From positions 992,001 through 1,056,000 of the forward strand of contig CAWCKJ010000004.1 in assembly GCA_963796105.1 (NCBI GenBank): DNA of 64,000 bases, read 5' to 3'. This document shows positions 30,326 to 40,366 of the stretch, piece by piece. The stretch's first letter is position 1, and every line of letters begins with the position of its first letter. The notes beneath the pieces were generated by a model. The model made no database searches and was not told the DNA's origin. It was given only the letters and a program-made list of their open reading frames with translations. The position numbers were made by a program, and so were the translations under genes. This stretch comes from a candidate division FCPU426 bacterium. GTDB lineage: Bacteria > Oederibacteriota > Muellerivitia > Muellerivitales > Muellerivitaceae.

Positions 30326-31171
30326 TTATGGACGTTTACACCAGGGGAACTGGACAGCGATGGCTGCTTCCAGGATTCCATCCGGTATGAATCGTTTCAG
30401 GAAATAAAGAGCCTTATCCTCAAATTTTACCAGGTAGCGTCTCCTCATGTGTTTGTCCTGAAAGGCCTGAAGTACCGACTTGACCGCTTTTTCAACCGGA
30501 GCGGCTTTTTTAAAGCGTTCCAAGGAAAATTTCTCAAAGGACTCGGTGAAGGCCCGGTAAGGGGATTTGCTTGAGTAGACCTTACCGCCGCGTCGGGTGT
30601 TGTCCACCACCGATGTTTTGATTTCGCTCATGACCAGCTCTGACACTTCCACCCCGAAGGAGCGGGTTTCCATGCGCAGGGCCTCAGTGATGGAATTGAC
30701 CGCCGACTTGCTGGCGGAATAGGGACCCAGGACCGGCAAGGCCAAGTAGCCGCCTATGCTTCCCACGTTGAGGATTTTTCCCGACCCCTGTCGACGCATA
30801 TGGGGAAGGACCGCCCGGACCACCCTTAAAACCCCGAAGACGTTCGTATTGAACTGGGATTTGGTTTCCGCGTCCGACAGATCCTCCCAAAAACCGGCCA
30901 CCACGAATCCGGCGTTGTTCAATAGGGCGTCGATTTTTCCTTCCTTCCGGATCACCTGCCGAACCGCCTTTTCCACGGAGGGAGTCCGGTTGACGTCCAT
31001 GACGATGGGAAAAAGGGGAAGATTTGCCGCCAAACTCCAAAGATGACCGCTCTTGCGGGGGTTTCGGTACGTAGCGTAGGTACGATAACCTTTTCTGGCC
31101 AACGCTTCCGCGCAGGCTAAGCCCAAGCCTGAGTTGGCGCCGGTGATGAGGGCAACTGGAGCTTTTTGCAT
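30326..31171 (-). CDS. Short-chain dehydrogenase/reductase
   Basis: TGANSGLG, NNAG, YSASK. Confidence 0.9.
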   Translation of the reverse strand: MQKAPVALITGANSGLGLACAEALARKGYRTYATYRNPRKSGHLWSLAANLPLFPIVMDVNRTPSVEKAVRQVIRKEGKIDALLNNAGFVVAGFWEDLSDAETKSQFNTNVFGVLRVVRAVLPHMRRQGSGKILNVGSIGGYLALPVLGPYSASKSAVNSITEALRMETRSFGVEVSELVMSEIKTSVVDNTRRGGKVYSSKSPYRAFTESFEKFSLERFKKAAPVEKAVKSVLQAFQDKHMRRRYLVKFEDKALYFLKRFIPDGILEAAIAVQFPWCKRP

Positions 31172-31174
31172 GGG

Positions 31175-32017
31175 CTACCTCTGGAAGCGGGAATACATGA
31201 CCCGCAAAATTTGGTCAAACAAGGCGTCCGGAACGAACCGCCGCAGGAAGGGAAACCACCGGGCATCCAGACCCGCGGCATAGCGTAAGGCCATCCGGGA
31301 GTCCTGAAGGGCTTTGAGGATTGTCCGGGATACTTCTTGGGGTCCCGGCGCCTGACCCGAATGACGGTTTCCATATTGAAGAATATTCGAAAGGGTTTTT
31401 TGATAAGCCGATTTGCCCTGCCGGAAGACCCCGGCCATGCGACGGTTGGCGTTGAATGAAGTGTTCATCTGCCCAGGCTCAATGACCGTCACTTGGACAT
31501 TGAAGGGCCTCAATTCCAACCTCAGACTTTCTGTCACCGCCTCCACGGCGTGTTTGGTGGAACAATAGAGCCCAATGCCAGCAAAGGTGATTCTGCCGGC
31601 AAGCGATCCCACATGAAGGATCCTTCCGGATTTTTGGGACCGCATCGCGGGAAGCACCGCTTTCGTCATGCGCAATAGCCCAAAAACATTGGTCTCGTAT
31701 TGAGCCAGGATTTCCTTGTCAGAAAATTCCTCCAGGGCCCCAAAGGCGCCCCAGCCCGCGTTGTTGATGAGGACATCGATATGTCCGGCGGATTGAATAA
31801 CCGTGGAAACAGCCTTTTTAACGGACGCGCTTTTATCCACGTCCAAGGGAAGGATTTCAAGCGGCAGGCCCGAGGCCCTTTCCCTCAAAGAGTTGGCTTT
31901 TTTCAGATCCCGCATGGTAGCGAAAACCCTGTAACCCTTTTGGGACAAGAGGACCGCTGTTTCCAGACCGATTCCGGAGGAACAGCCGGTGATGAGCGCA
32001 ACAGGTTGGTTTTCCAA
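31175..32017 (-). CDS. Short-chain dehydrogenase/reductase (tandem paralog)
   Basis: TGCSSGIG, NNAG, YCSTK, IEPG. Confidence 0.9.
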   Translation of the reverse strand: MENQPVALITGCSSGIGLETAVLLSQKGYRVFATMRDLKKANSLRERASGLPLEILPLDVDKSASVKKAVSTVIQSAGHIDVLINNAGWGAFGALEEFSDKEILAQYETNVFGLLRMTKAVLPAMRSQKSGRILHVGSLAGRITFAGIGLYCSTKHAVEAVTESLRLELRPFNVQVTVIEPGQMNTSFNANRRMAGVFRQGKSAYQKTLSNILQYGNRHSGQAPGPQEVSRTILKALQDSRMALRYAAGLDARWFPFLRRFVPDALFDQILRVMYSRFQR

Positions 32018-32183
32018 GCCAAGCTCCTTCTAACGGTGGTGTGGAAGCAGTCTAAGGCAACAAAAAGGAAACCCAAAGCGGGAAAAGTCCAAAGGTTTTC
32101 CTTTCCGCATTGCCCCTGGGTAAAAAAAAAGATAGGATAAGTGCCTGAAAAACCTTATTCCTCCCTTTTTTTAAGGAGATGTT

Positions 32184-32867
32184 ATGCGCATTCAAGTTTG
32201 CGTGGGTCTGGTCCTCTGCATGACCTTTCCCGCAGTCCTCTCTGCTAAAGCCTTCAATGAAATGACCGTGGAAAAACTGGACGGAACGATCATGGTCCAG
32301 CACGCCGACGGTTCTGATCCCACCGCCCTCCAGACGGGTAGTACTGTGGAAAAAGGTGACTCCATCCAGGTTTTCGACAAAAGTTGGGTGATCCTTAAAT
32401 CCCACCGGGGAGACCAGGTGGGATTGGATGGGGTGAATGGGCCGACCGTGGTGATAGTGGATGAGTATTTTATGGAAGGCCCCGACCGCCAGATAAGATT
32501 CCTTCTGCAAAAAGGAACCATTTTCCTCAAAACCAACGGATGTGATTCCCGGCAGAGTTTTTTCGAGATCAACTCCGGCTCAGTGGTCTCGTCCATTAAC
32601 GGCGCCCGCGCCATTGTGAGTTATGAGCCGGGACAAAACCAACTCAAGGTTCAATACCTTGACGGTAAGATGACCGTGGTGGACAAGAACAGCGAACAGG
32701 TCTTGAGTGAACAGCATACCGACCACCTTTGGAAAGATGGGGTTATGCAGGACAAGGCTGACGAACCTGAATACATGGATGAGTTGGACAGTGTCAACTT
32801 CAGCAGATTTTTTGACGGCGATCCCCGGCTTGAACCTGAAAGCAATAATATACTCCTGACAAAATAA
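32184..32867 (+). CDS. Secreted FecR-like domain protein
   Basis: AAGGAG RBS, signal peptide, G..V..GD.I, L.KG, FEI......S..G pattern. Confidence 0.55.
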   Translation: MRIQVCVGLVLCMTFPAVLSAKAFNEMTVEKLDGTIMVQHADGSDPTALQTGSTVEKGDSIQVFDKSWVILKSHRGDQVGLDGVNGPTVVIVDEYFMEGPDRQIRFLLQKGTIFLKTNGCDSRQSFFEINSGSVVSSINGARAIVSYEPGQNQLKVQYLDGKMTVVDKNSEQVLSEQHTDHLWKDGVMQDKADEPEYMDELDSVNFSRFFDGDPRLEPESNNILLTK

Positions 32868-32911
32868 TTTTTCCCAGATTCAACTCACCCCTTTTACAAG
32901 GCGGATGGACA

Positions 32912-33100
32912 GTGAGTCCCCTCAACATCGAGTTTACCTGCCCCTATTGCGGTTATCCCAATTTTTCCCCGGTAGATCCCCTCAGCGGCGTTCACGAATG
33001 GACTTCGGACTGTGAGAATTGCTGCCGACCGATTGCGTTGCGGGTCCGTGTGAGGCATGGGGAAATCGACGAGTGGACCTCGGACCGAGAACAGGATTGA
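32912..33100 (+). CDS. CPXCG-motif cysteine-rich small protein
   Basis: CPYCG...VD......DCENCCRPI. Confidence 0.85.
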   Translation: MSPLNIEFTCPYCGYPNFSPVDPLSGVHEWTSDCENCCRPIALRVRVRHGEIDEWTSDREQD

Positions 33101-33148
33101 GAGAGAAGAGTGGGAAAAAATTTTGCGGTCCACCGGCGGTATCCTTGA

Positions 33149-33856
33149 TTAATGAAAAGGAGCCCCGCCTGTGTGGATGAGGTTCAACGCCACCTTGGTG
33201 GCCATGAAAAGGTAATAAAAGAAGAGGCCCAGCCCGCAAATCCAGGTGATGAAGGTCAGGGCCTTCCGGTTGAAGAGGTTTCGGCTGTAGTGCACTCCCA
33301 TCCCTAGGCAGAAAAACCATATCAGCTCGCTGACCAATACCGCCGAGAAAAAAGTCGTGGCGGCTCCCCCCATCAGGGCGATGGGCCCGGAGACCTGGTA
33401 CTGGTACACCTGCATCGTGCCGACCCAGCCGATCCATCGAAGAAGGGTAAAAGGATTGGTGGCGTTCAGGATGAATCCCATCACGAAGGAGTTGTCCAGC
33501 CACTGGACCTGGCGCCTCAAGGAGGAGTTCGCCTGGGCCTCCGGACTGTCCCTGATCTCCATTAACATGGAATAGGCAAGATAGAGAAGAAATATCACGC
33601 AGATGGCGAAGAGGATGAACTTCCAAGACCCGCCAAAGCCCTCATGAGCAAGGCCCACGAACACGGCGTAAGCGCATAAGGCGTCCATGACGGCCGCACC
33701 CGCCCCCACGAGAAAGGTCTGCTGGAACCCGCCCAGGATACCCCGGCGGATGGCGAGAAAATTTACGGGACCGATCATGGCGGCGGTGCAAAAGCCGATG
33801 ATGAGCCCCTGGGTGATGGCGGCGTAAATGAGTTTGACGGTTTCGTTCGTGGGCAT
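33149..33856 (-). CDS. LysE family translocator
   Basis: IGPVN.L.IRRG..GGF.....VG.GAA..D, F..GF.L..TNP..L..W; multi-TM. Confidence 0.8.
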   Translation of the reverse strand: MPTNETVKLIYAAITQGLIIGFCTAAMIGPVNFLAIRRGILGGFQQTFLVGAGAAVMDALCAYAVFVGLAHEGFGGSWKFILFAICVIFLLYLAYSMLMEIRDSPEAQANSSLRRQVQWLDNSFVMGFILNATNPFTLLRWIGWVGTMQVYQYQVSGPIALMGGAATTFFSAVLVSELIWFFCLGMGVHYSRNLFNRKALTFITWICGLGLFFYYLFMATKVALNLIHTGGAPFH

Positions 33857-33905
33857 GGCGGGGTTATTTTAGCGGAAGCCACGGGGATAAAACACAGGCA
33901 TTTTC

Positions 33906-34891
33906 TATGTTTATGCACAAAGTGACCGTGCTGTAATGGGTTTTGCTAAGGCACATGCGGTCAAAGCACGGTGAAATAAGGAATCGGGATCATGACGACG
34001 GTTGAACCGATAGGCATATTCACTTAGATACCGGCCTAAATACTTAGCATCAACGCCATGATGAGTTCCAATGATCCAGGCCTTGGCGTTGGAAATGAAC
34101 CGGTGTACCCAGGGCAACCAACTTTCCAACTCTTTCGGGTCATTGGCCATCACCCGGTAGTCTGCCTCCACTCCTTTGAGTTCACGCAAGGCTGGCGAAG
34201 CATCTGTGTTGAGGAAAGAGCCTTTTTCCATAGTCTGATTCACGAATTCCTGGCTCTCCCACTTGGTTTCCATAGCTACCTTCACCTTGGCAAAACCCGC
34301 TTTTTCCTTCTTGCAACCATTCTCATCCACCCATTCCTTGCTTTCCACCGCCACCAAGACTTCCACTTGGTTTTCCTTGGCCTTTTTCCCAAAAACCGCC
34401 CCATCCAACTCAATGACGCCCTTTAGAGTATAGCTTTCGTCCTTTTGCCTAAGACCTTCCCGGATCTTATGCAATAGAAGCCATGCCGAATGATCCGAAA
34501 GATTTAAATGCCGCTTCAGTTCCAGGGCCGAAATACCCCGTTTGCCCTGCATCATCAAACTGATGGCCCTGACCCAGGTTAAAAGAGGCAGCTTGGAGCT
34601 TTCAAAAATCGTCCCGGCGCGAAGCCGAAGACGTTTCCGGCAATAGTCACATTCCCTCACTTCAGGCTTGGCCTGGTGTTGCCAGAAGCTTTCGCCCTCA
34701 CATTGGGGACAAACAAAGTCTTTCCCGCCGAAACGGCATCTCCACACCCATTGGCGGGCTTCTTCTTCCGTGTGGATTTTCCTCAGAATTTTAATGCTTT
34801 TCATCCGCTGGTAGCTCATGTACCACCTCCCGTAGCGGACAGTATACCTATGTATTCCTTTATTTCAAGGGTCACTTAATACAGAAGCATG
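33906..34891 (-). mobile_element. IS1595-family (ISSod11-group) element, copy A
   Basis: TIRs TATGTTTATGCACAAAGTGACC / CATGCTTCTGTATTAAGTGACC (16/22), flanked by GCATTTTC at 33898-33905 and 34892-34899. Confidence 0.88.
33911..34819 (-). CDS. IS1595-family transposase
   Basis: Zn ribbon CPQC...CDYC, AGTIF..SKLPL..W, GISALEL, ELDG, TD, VHRFISNAK (DDH-K), YL.EY.YRFNRR. Confidence 0.93.
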   Translation of the reverse strand: MSYQRMKSIKILRKIHTEEEARQWVWRCRFGGKDFVCPQCEGESFWQHQAKPEVRECDYCRKRLRLRAGTIFESSKLPLLTWVRAISLMMQGKRGISALELKRHLNLSDHSAWLLLHKIREGLRQKDESYTLKGVIELDGAVFGKKAKENQVEVLVAVESKEWVDENGCKKEKAGFAKVKVAMETKWESQEFVNQTMEKGSFLNTDASPALRELKGVEADYRVMANDPKELESWLPWVHRFISNAKAWIIGTHHGVDAKYLGRYLSEYAYRFNRRHDPDSLFHRALTACALAKPITARSLCA

Positions 34892-34899
34892 GCATTTTC

Positions 34900-35887
34900 C
34901 ATGCCTATCCGAACAACGCTTGCGCAGTAATGGGTTTTGCCAAAGCGCAAGCGGTTAAGGCCCGGTGAAATAAGGAATCTGGGTCATGGCGACGATTGAA
35001 CCGATAAGTATATTCGCTCAAGTATCCAGGCAGATATTTCACGTTGACTCCATGATGGGTTCCTAGGATCCAAGCCTTGGCGTTGGAAATGAATCGGTGG
35101 ACCCAAGGTAACCAGTGATTTAACACCACTGGGTCATTGGCTGTTACCTGGTACTCCACATCCACGTTTTCCAAGTTTCTCAAGCTGGGACTGGCATCCG
35201 TGTTTATCATGGCGCCTTTCTGGATTGCTTGATCGACGAATGCTTGGGCTTCCCACTTGGTTTCTGCGGTCACCTTTATCTTTGCAAAACCCGCTTTCTC
35301 TTTTTTGCGCCCTTTCTCATCTATCCATTCTTTGCTTTCAACCGCCACCAGCACTTCAGCCTGGTTTTCCTTTTCTCTCTTGCCGAATACAGCCCCATCC
35401 AACTCAATGATTTCCTTGAGTTGGTAATTTTCATCCCTTTGTCGAAGACTTTCCCGAATCTTATGCAACATCCTCCAAACGGTATCGTAGGAGGGCATTC
35501 CCAATTGCCGCTGAAGTTCCAGGGCTGAAATGCCCCTTTTCCCTTGCATCACCAATCCAATCATCCTCAACCAGGTTAAGATTGGGATCTTGGATTTCCG
35601 GAAGATCGTTCCGGCTCGAAGCCGTATTTGCTTTCGACAATAGTCACATTCCCGCACTTCGGGGCGGTTTTTGTGTTGCCAGAAACTTTCTCCTTCACAT
35701 TGTGGGCAAACAAAGTCTTTTCCGGCAAAACGGCTCTTCCACACCCATTGACGTGCCTTTTCTTCTGTATCGATTTCCTTGAAAATCTCAATCCCCTTCA
35801 TCCGTTGGTAGTTCATAATTTGCCCCTCCAACAATGAGTATACTCCTGTATTCCTTTATTTCAACAGGTACCGTTTGGAGAGGCATT
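34900..35887 (-). mobile_element. IS1595-family (ISSod11-group) element, copy B
   Basis: TIRs CATGCCTATCCGAAC / AATGCCTCTCCAAAC (12/15), flanked by GCATTTTC at 34892-34899 and 35888-35895. Confidence 0.88.
34905..35816 (-). CDS. IS1595-family transposase (diverged paralog of copy A)
   Basis: Same motifs as copy A; both copies are preceded by a conserved TTGAAA-N16-TATACT promoter and a GGAGG RBS. Confidence 0.93.
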   Translation of the reverse strand: MNYQRMKGIEIFKEIDTEEKARQWVWKSRFAGKDFVCPQCEGESFWQHKNRPEVRECDYCRKQIRLRAGTIFRKSKIPILTWLRMIGLVMQGKRGISALELQRQLGMPSYDTVWRMLHKIRESLRQRDENYQLKEIIELDGAVFGKREKENQAEVLVAVESKEWIDEKGRKKEKAGFAKIKVTAETKWEAQAFVDQAIQKGAMINTDASPSLRNLENVDVEYQVTANDPVVLNHWLPWVHRFISNAKAWILGTHHGVNVKYLPGYLSEYTYRFNRRHDPDSLFHRALTACALAKPITAQALFG

Positions 35888-35995
35888 GCATTTTCCGTCC
35901 GGAAGCAGGCCCCGCTATGTTGGGTTTGATTTTCAACTTTCACCCAAATTTGCTATCCTGAGCCGGTCCAAATGCGGAATGAAAGGATCGAGCTT

Positions 35996-36487
35996 ATGGC
36001 AAAAACATCAAAGGCGCTGGTCAACATCCTCATGGGTAGCAAGTCGGATTGGGAAACCATGAAAAACGCTTCCGACACCCTGGCCCAATTTGGTGTCCCC
36101 CACGAGTGCCGCGTTCTGTCGGCGCATCGCACCCCCAAGGAAACCGTCGCCCATGTCGGCGGGGCTGAGGCCCGCGGCGTGGAGGTGATGATTGCAGCGG
36201 CTGGAGGAGCGGCCCACTTGGCCGGGGTCTGCGCGGCCCATACGATTCTGCCGGTGCTGGGAGTTCCCATGGAAAGTAAACTACTCGGATTGGATTCGCT
36301 TCTTTCCACCGCCCAAATGCCCGGCGGCATTCCCGTTGGCACTCTGGCCGTCGGCAAAGCGGGAGCGGTGAACGCCGCCCTTTTGGCCGTCGCGATCCTG
36401 GCCGGGAAAAGGCCGGACTTGAAGAAGAAACTGAAAAAATATCGGGCCGATCAGGCCGCTAAGATCCTCAAGGAAAAATTAGTCTAG
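35996..36487 (+). CDS. purE: N5-CAIR mutase
   Basis: MGSKSDW, SAHRTP, AAAGGAAHLAG, LPVLGVP, GLDSLLS.AQMPGGIPVGT. Confidence 0.96.
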   Translation: MAKTSKALVNILMGSKSDWETMKNASDTLAQFGVPHECRVLSAHRTPKETVAHVGGAEARGVEVMIAAAGGAAHLAGVCAAHTILPVLGVPMESKLLGLDSLLSTAQMPGGIPVGTLAVGKAGAVNAALLAVAILAGKRPDLKKKLKKYRADQAAKILKEKLV

Positions 36488-36666
36488 CTTTTCCTAGGAG
36501 ACGCATCTATTCAACAGCACATTGGCGACTCGGCCCGTCATTTGGAATAATCACCTGTTCCGGCCGAGGGTCATTACTCTCCCAACTCTCCCAATGCTGT
36601 TTATTCCTCTTTCGCTGAATAACAAAAAGCTCCCACTTTTCAGGATGACGATGTAAAATACTGCCC

Positions 36667-36891
36667 ATGAATTCATTCGCCAATCCCGACGAAGCCAAAA
36701 CCTATGAATATCCCGAGTTTCCTCGCCCGGAGAGGAAAGTCATGAAAGTGGATTATTCCCAGGTGCAGGGAGCGGAAAAATTCAAAGAGTTGGACGTGGA
36801 CCGCCCTGAATCCAAGATTGCGGAACTGCCGATCGTTGCTACGGTTCTTTTCCAGGATTTCAAGGAAGTCCTTTCAAAGAACCCTTCCTGA
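36667..36891 (+). CDS. Hypothetical protein or gene fragment
   Basis: 74-codon ORF with protein-like composition, no motif, no clear RBS. Confidence 0.25.
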   Translation: MNSFANPDEAKTYEYPEFPRPERKVMKVDYSQVQGAEKFKELDVDRPESKIAELPIVATVLFQDFKEVLSKNPS

Positions 36892-38848
36892 GATTGAATC
36901 GTCCTTGACCGCGTTTCCAACCGGAAGCCCGGAAAAACCTTTACGAAAAGTTCTTTCCTCGTTGCGTTTATTATCTCTCGACCGTTGGAATTATATTATC
37001 CCCGTTTGCTTCGCGCTAATTTTTCTTTTCGCGTCCCGGTTGAACGTCGATTATGACCTGGGCTATCACTTAAAAACAGGGGAGTGGATTCTCCAGCATC
37101 ACGCATTTCCCGATAAAGACAAATTCACCTACACCGTCCCGCAAAACGATTACATCGACTCCCATTGGTTATACCAAGTCATTCTTTTTCTTCTCTTCCG
37201 AATTGGCGGCTACGCGGGACTATCCTTCCTGAATGTTTTGCTGATCCTGGCGGTGTTCGCCTTGATCTTTACACGCATGAGAAAGACAGGCTGTCCCGCC
37301 TGGCTTCTTTTCCTTTTGTTTTTTCCCGCGATCCTCGCCATGGAAATCCGATTCCTGATCCGGCCCGAGGTATTGAGCTGGCTCTTCTTGTCCCTGGACC
37401 TGATAGCGCTCGACCTTTGGGCCGAAAAACGGAAAAATTTCCTATTCATCCTGCCTCTGGTCCAACTGATCTGGACCAATTCCGAGGGTCTCTTTGTCCT
37501 GGGATGGGTGGTCATGGGGGCCTACTTCATTTCCTTATACCTACAGACCCGGCGGGTGGATTTGCCCCTCTTGAAAGCTTTTCTTCTCTCCCTGGCCCTG
37601 TCCTTCCTGAACCCCTATTTCCTCAAAGGCGTCGCTTTTCCCCTCGAGCTTTTCACGCGTTTCGACCCCTCGAACCTTTTCAAGAGGTATATTTCCGAAT
37701 TGCAGTCGCCTTGGTCCATCCTGCGGGACACCCATGTGCCGTTTTTCCCAGCCACGCCCATTTACGCCTACCGGATCCTCGCGCCGCTTGTTCTGTTGCT
37801 GATCCTGTCTGGGTCCTCCCGCCGGAAGTTCCACGGTGTTTTCCTCTCCATCGCCTTTTTCCTTCTCTCGGCCGCGGCCATTCGGAACATGCCCTTGTTT
37901 TTTCTCGCGGCTCTTCCTCTTGCCGCTTCATCTCTGAAGGACTTTGCCTCGGCCCCGGGTGGATGGCTCAAAAGGCTGGATGGTTTTTTTCGATCCCGGA
38001 AGTTTCTCCCATTTGGGACCGCCTTCTTGGTTTTGCTCCTTTGCCTGAGGGTGGGGAGCCAAGCTTATTACGTGTCCGAGCGCCGGGCCGTCCATAACGG
38101 ATGGGGGATCGATTCCGAGCGGATTCCCGTCAAGGCCGCGGCCTTCCTGGAGAAAAACGGGCTTCAAGGACTCATCTTGAACGAATTGGGGTTTGGGGGC
38201 TGGCTGGAGTGGCGGGGCGGGCTTCCAGTTTTTATCGATGGGAGGCTAGAAGTCATGGGAGAGGGCCTTTTCGCTGAGTACCGCGACAGCTTCAACCCCG
38301 GCGGTTTATGGCGGCTAGTCAAGCAATATGGCATCCAATTAGTCCTGTACAACCACATGGCTGGGATTTCCTGGACCACCCAACTCCAGCAGATGTCCGG
38401 CTGGCGGCTGATCTATTACGATGACTTGGCGGCGATTTGGGCCGCGCCGGGATACGCCGCCCAATTCGAGACCGTGGCATCGCGAAACTCGCTGGCGGCT
38501 TGGGATCTGGTTCCCCCGCCCTCCGACAATCTTCTGCTGGATTTCCAAAAGAAGCGCAGGAACGTATTGGCCGACTGGGCCGAAGGATTCGTCTTTCCCC
38601 AAACCTATCCTATGCCCCTAATGCGATTGGGGACCTTCGCTTACGAGAACGAGGATTATGAGACTGCCAAAGATCTTTTTTTGGGAATGCTGGAAAAAAC
38701 ACAGGGAAGGTATTATGAGGTTTATTTCAACCTGGGAGCGGCCTATGTGCGTTTAGGACGGCCCGATTTGGCTGAGATTTGTTACAAGAAAGTCCTGGAA
38801 TTAGAACCGGATAATCCAGCTGCATTGGAAAAACTTAAACAGTTATAA
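36818..38848 (+). CDS. Multi-pass membrane protein (GT-C-like) with C-terminal TPR; true start probably downstream
   Basis: D.DLGYHLKTGEWI, WLYQV, RPE..S, W.N..G.F..G, LNPY, ISE..S, GG.L.W...VFIDGR; TPR at the end. Confidence 0.75.
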   Translation: MRNCRSLLRFFSRISRKSFQRTLPEIESSLTAFPTGSPEKPLRKVLSSLRLLSLDRWNYIIPVCFALIFLFASRLNVDYDLGYHLKTGEWILQHHAFPDKDKFTYTVPQNDYIDSHWLYQVILFLLFRIGGYAGLSFLNVLLILAVFALIFTRMRKTGCPAWLLFLLFFPAILAMEIRFLIRPEVLSWLFLSLDLIALDLWAEKRKNFLFILPLVQLIWTNSEGLFVLGWVVMGAYFISLYLQTRRVDLPLLKAFLLSLALSFLNPYFLKGVAFPLELFTRFDPSNLFKRYISELQSPWSILRDTHVPFFPATPIYAYRILAPLVLLLILSGSSRRKFHGVFLSIAFFLLSAAAIRNMPLFFLAALPLAASSLKDFASAPGGWLKRLDGFFRSRKFLPFGTAFLVLLLCLRVGSQAYYVSERRAVHNGWGIDSERIPVKAAAFLEKNGLQGLILNELGFGGWLEWRGGLPVFIDGRLEVMGEGLFAEYRDSFNPGGLWRLVKQYGIQLVLYNHMAGISWTTQLQQMSGWRLIYYDDLAAIWAAPGYAAQFETVASRNSLAAWDLVPPPSDNLLLDFQKKRRNVLADWAEGFVFPQTYPMPLMRLGTFAYENEDYETAKDLFLGMLEKTQGRYYEVYFNLGAAYVRLGRPDLAEICYKKVLELEPDNPAALEKLKQL

Positions 38849-39002
38849 AGCTTTATCGTCGAATCACTTGAATTCCCCGGGCTAAACCCAAACGTCCATG
38901 CTGGTTTTTAAAGGAAAATGGATTAAACTTTAGCCGCAACGTTTGAACCGTGAGAAACGTCTAAATTACACCTTCATCTCAAGAAAAAAGAGGAGATCCG
39001 TT

Positions 39003-40271
39003 ATGCAAAAAAAATTTATTTACTTAGTCGCCGGAATTTTCATGGCATTACCTTCGGTCATCTTGGCCGCCAATTCCACTGCCCAGGATTTCGATGATTT
39101 AGGAATGGCCCTTTACCAGAAGGGCCTTTACGACAAGGCCATCAATTATTTTCAAAAAGCTGTCCAGGCGGATCCAACCGACTGGCAGGGATACGAAAAC
39201 CTTGGGGACGCCTACTCCAAGAGCGGGGATAATCAGGATGCTTTGAACGCTTATCAACAAAGCCTGAGGATCCACCCCGATAATCCCGAAGTGCAGGCCC
39301 ACATCGACAGCTTGGGCGGTTCCTCGAATTCGGTTTCCCCCGCCAACCCGCCTTCTGCGACCCAGCCCAGCGTTGCGCCACCTCCCAACAATCAAGTGGA
39401 TCAAGAACCTCCGGCCCAAGGTAATGGTTATTTTGTTCCCCGTCGCCGATACCGGCCTAAGCCTGTTTCTTATAACGACGGCTTGGCGCCCATGGACCAC
39501 GCCAAGGTTTGGACCTCCCTCGAATTAGGCTACAACTACTCTACCCAAGGCGATCTTGTTAATAGCGCCAACGTCGTCAACAATGAAATATCAAATGGCA
39601 CATTGCCTGTTTATGAGACTGGAAACACTCCGACTGGGAACGCGTTGTCCTCCAACGATGGTTTCAACTTTGGCGGGGAGGTTGGGTTTCTTTTGAATCC
39701 CAACAATGGCATCGCCATCGGTCTTCGTTACATCCAGACGAACGACAATACCATTAACATCAACTACAACGATAGCTATGGCGATACCGAGGACACAACC
39801 TTAACCCCGTACGTGGTTCCCCTTACGCTGGATTACTACCTGTTCCTTCCAGATGGGGGGGGACGGTTTTTCCTCAGCGCCGGCATCGGCTATTATTTCG
39901 GGGTAGTCCACGTCGAACAGAATGTTACCTATACAGACACGAATATTCCCGAGACTTACAACTCGGCACCCTCAGGCGACTTGACTGCCGGAGGGGTGGG
40001 TTTTCAAGTGGGGATCGGGCGGGAATTTGCTGTGGGCCGAAACATGGGTGTCGAAATTTTCGCCCGTGGCCGTTATGCCAAGCTTACCAATTTCCGTGGA
40101 ACTCTGGTGGATCTTAACACGGGTTATTCCGGCACTTATGGCTTAGCGAAGTTTTCTGATGGATCGGTAGATATTTGGCCGGCAGGTGAAATCAGCGGAA
40201 GTACAACCAATGCCACTGTGGATTATACCGGTTTTGATGTTGGATTCGCCCTGAATTTCTATAGTTTCTAA
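39003..40271 (+). CDS. TPR-containing outer-membrane beta-barrel protein
   Basis: Signal peptide, TPRs (LGMALYQKG.YDKAI..FQKA; NLGDAY), Pro-rich linker, amphipathic beta-strands ending GFALNFYSF. Confidence 0.75.
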   Translation: MQKKFIYLVAGIFMALPSVILAANSTAQDFDDLGMALYQKGLYDKAINYFQKAVQADPTDWQGYENLGDAYSKSGDNQDALNAYQQSLRIHPDNPEVQAHIDSLGGSSNSVSPANPPSATQPSVAPPPNNQVDQEPPAQGNGYFVPRRRYRPKPVSYNDGLAPMDHAKVWTSLELGYNYSTQGDLVNSANVVNNEISNGTLPVYETGNTPTGNALSSNDGFNFGGEVGFLLNPNNGIAIGLRYIQTNDNTININYNDSYGDTEDTTLTPYVVPLTLDYYLFLPDGGGRFFLSAGIGYYFGVVHVEQNVTYTDTNIPETYNSAPSGDLTAGGVGFQVGIGREFAVGRNMGVEIFARGRYAKLTNFRGTLVDLNTGYSGTYGLAKFSDGSVDIWPAGEISGSTTNATVDYTGFDVGFALNFYSF

Positions 40272-40284
40272 TTAACTGCCCTCC

Positions 40285-40317
40285 AGGCCCCGGCTATTTA
40301 AGCCGGGGCCTTTTTTT
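40285..40317 (+). terminator. Intrinsic terminator
   Basis: AGGCCCCGGCT-ATTTA-AGCCGGGGCCT followed by a T tract. Confidence 0.85.
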
Positions 40318-40366
40318 GTCCCCGGAAATGAATAGGTTGTTTCAATGGGAGAAAAGGAGAACATCC

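Noticed and set aside
35895..35915. GTCCGGAAGCAG resembling the SRP RNA loop
   Set aside because: Lacks the full AGGTCCGGAAGGAAGCAGC motif and the long flanking helix
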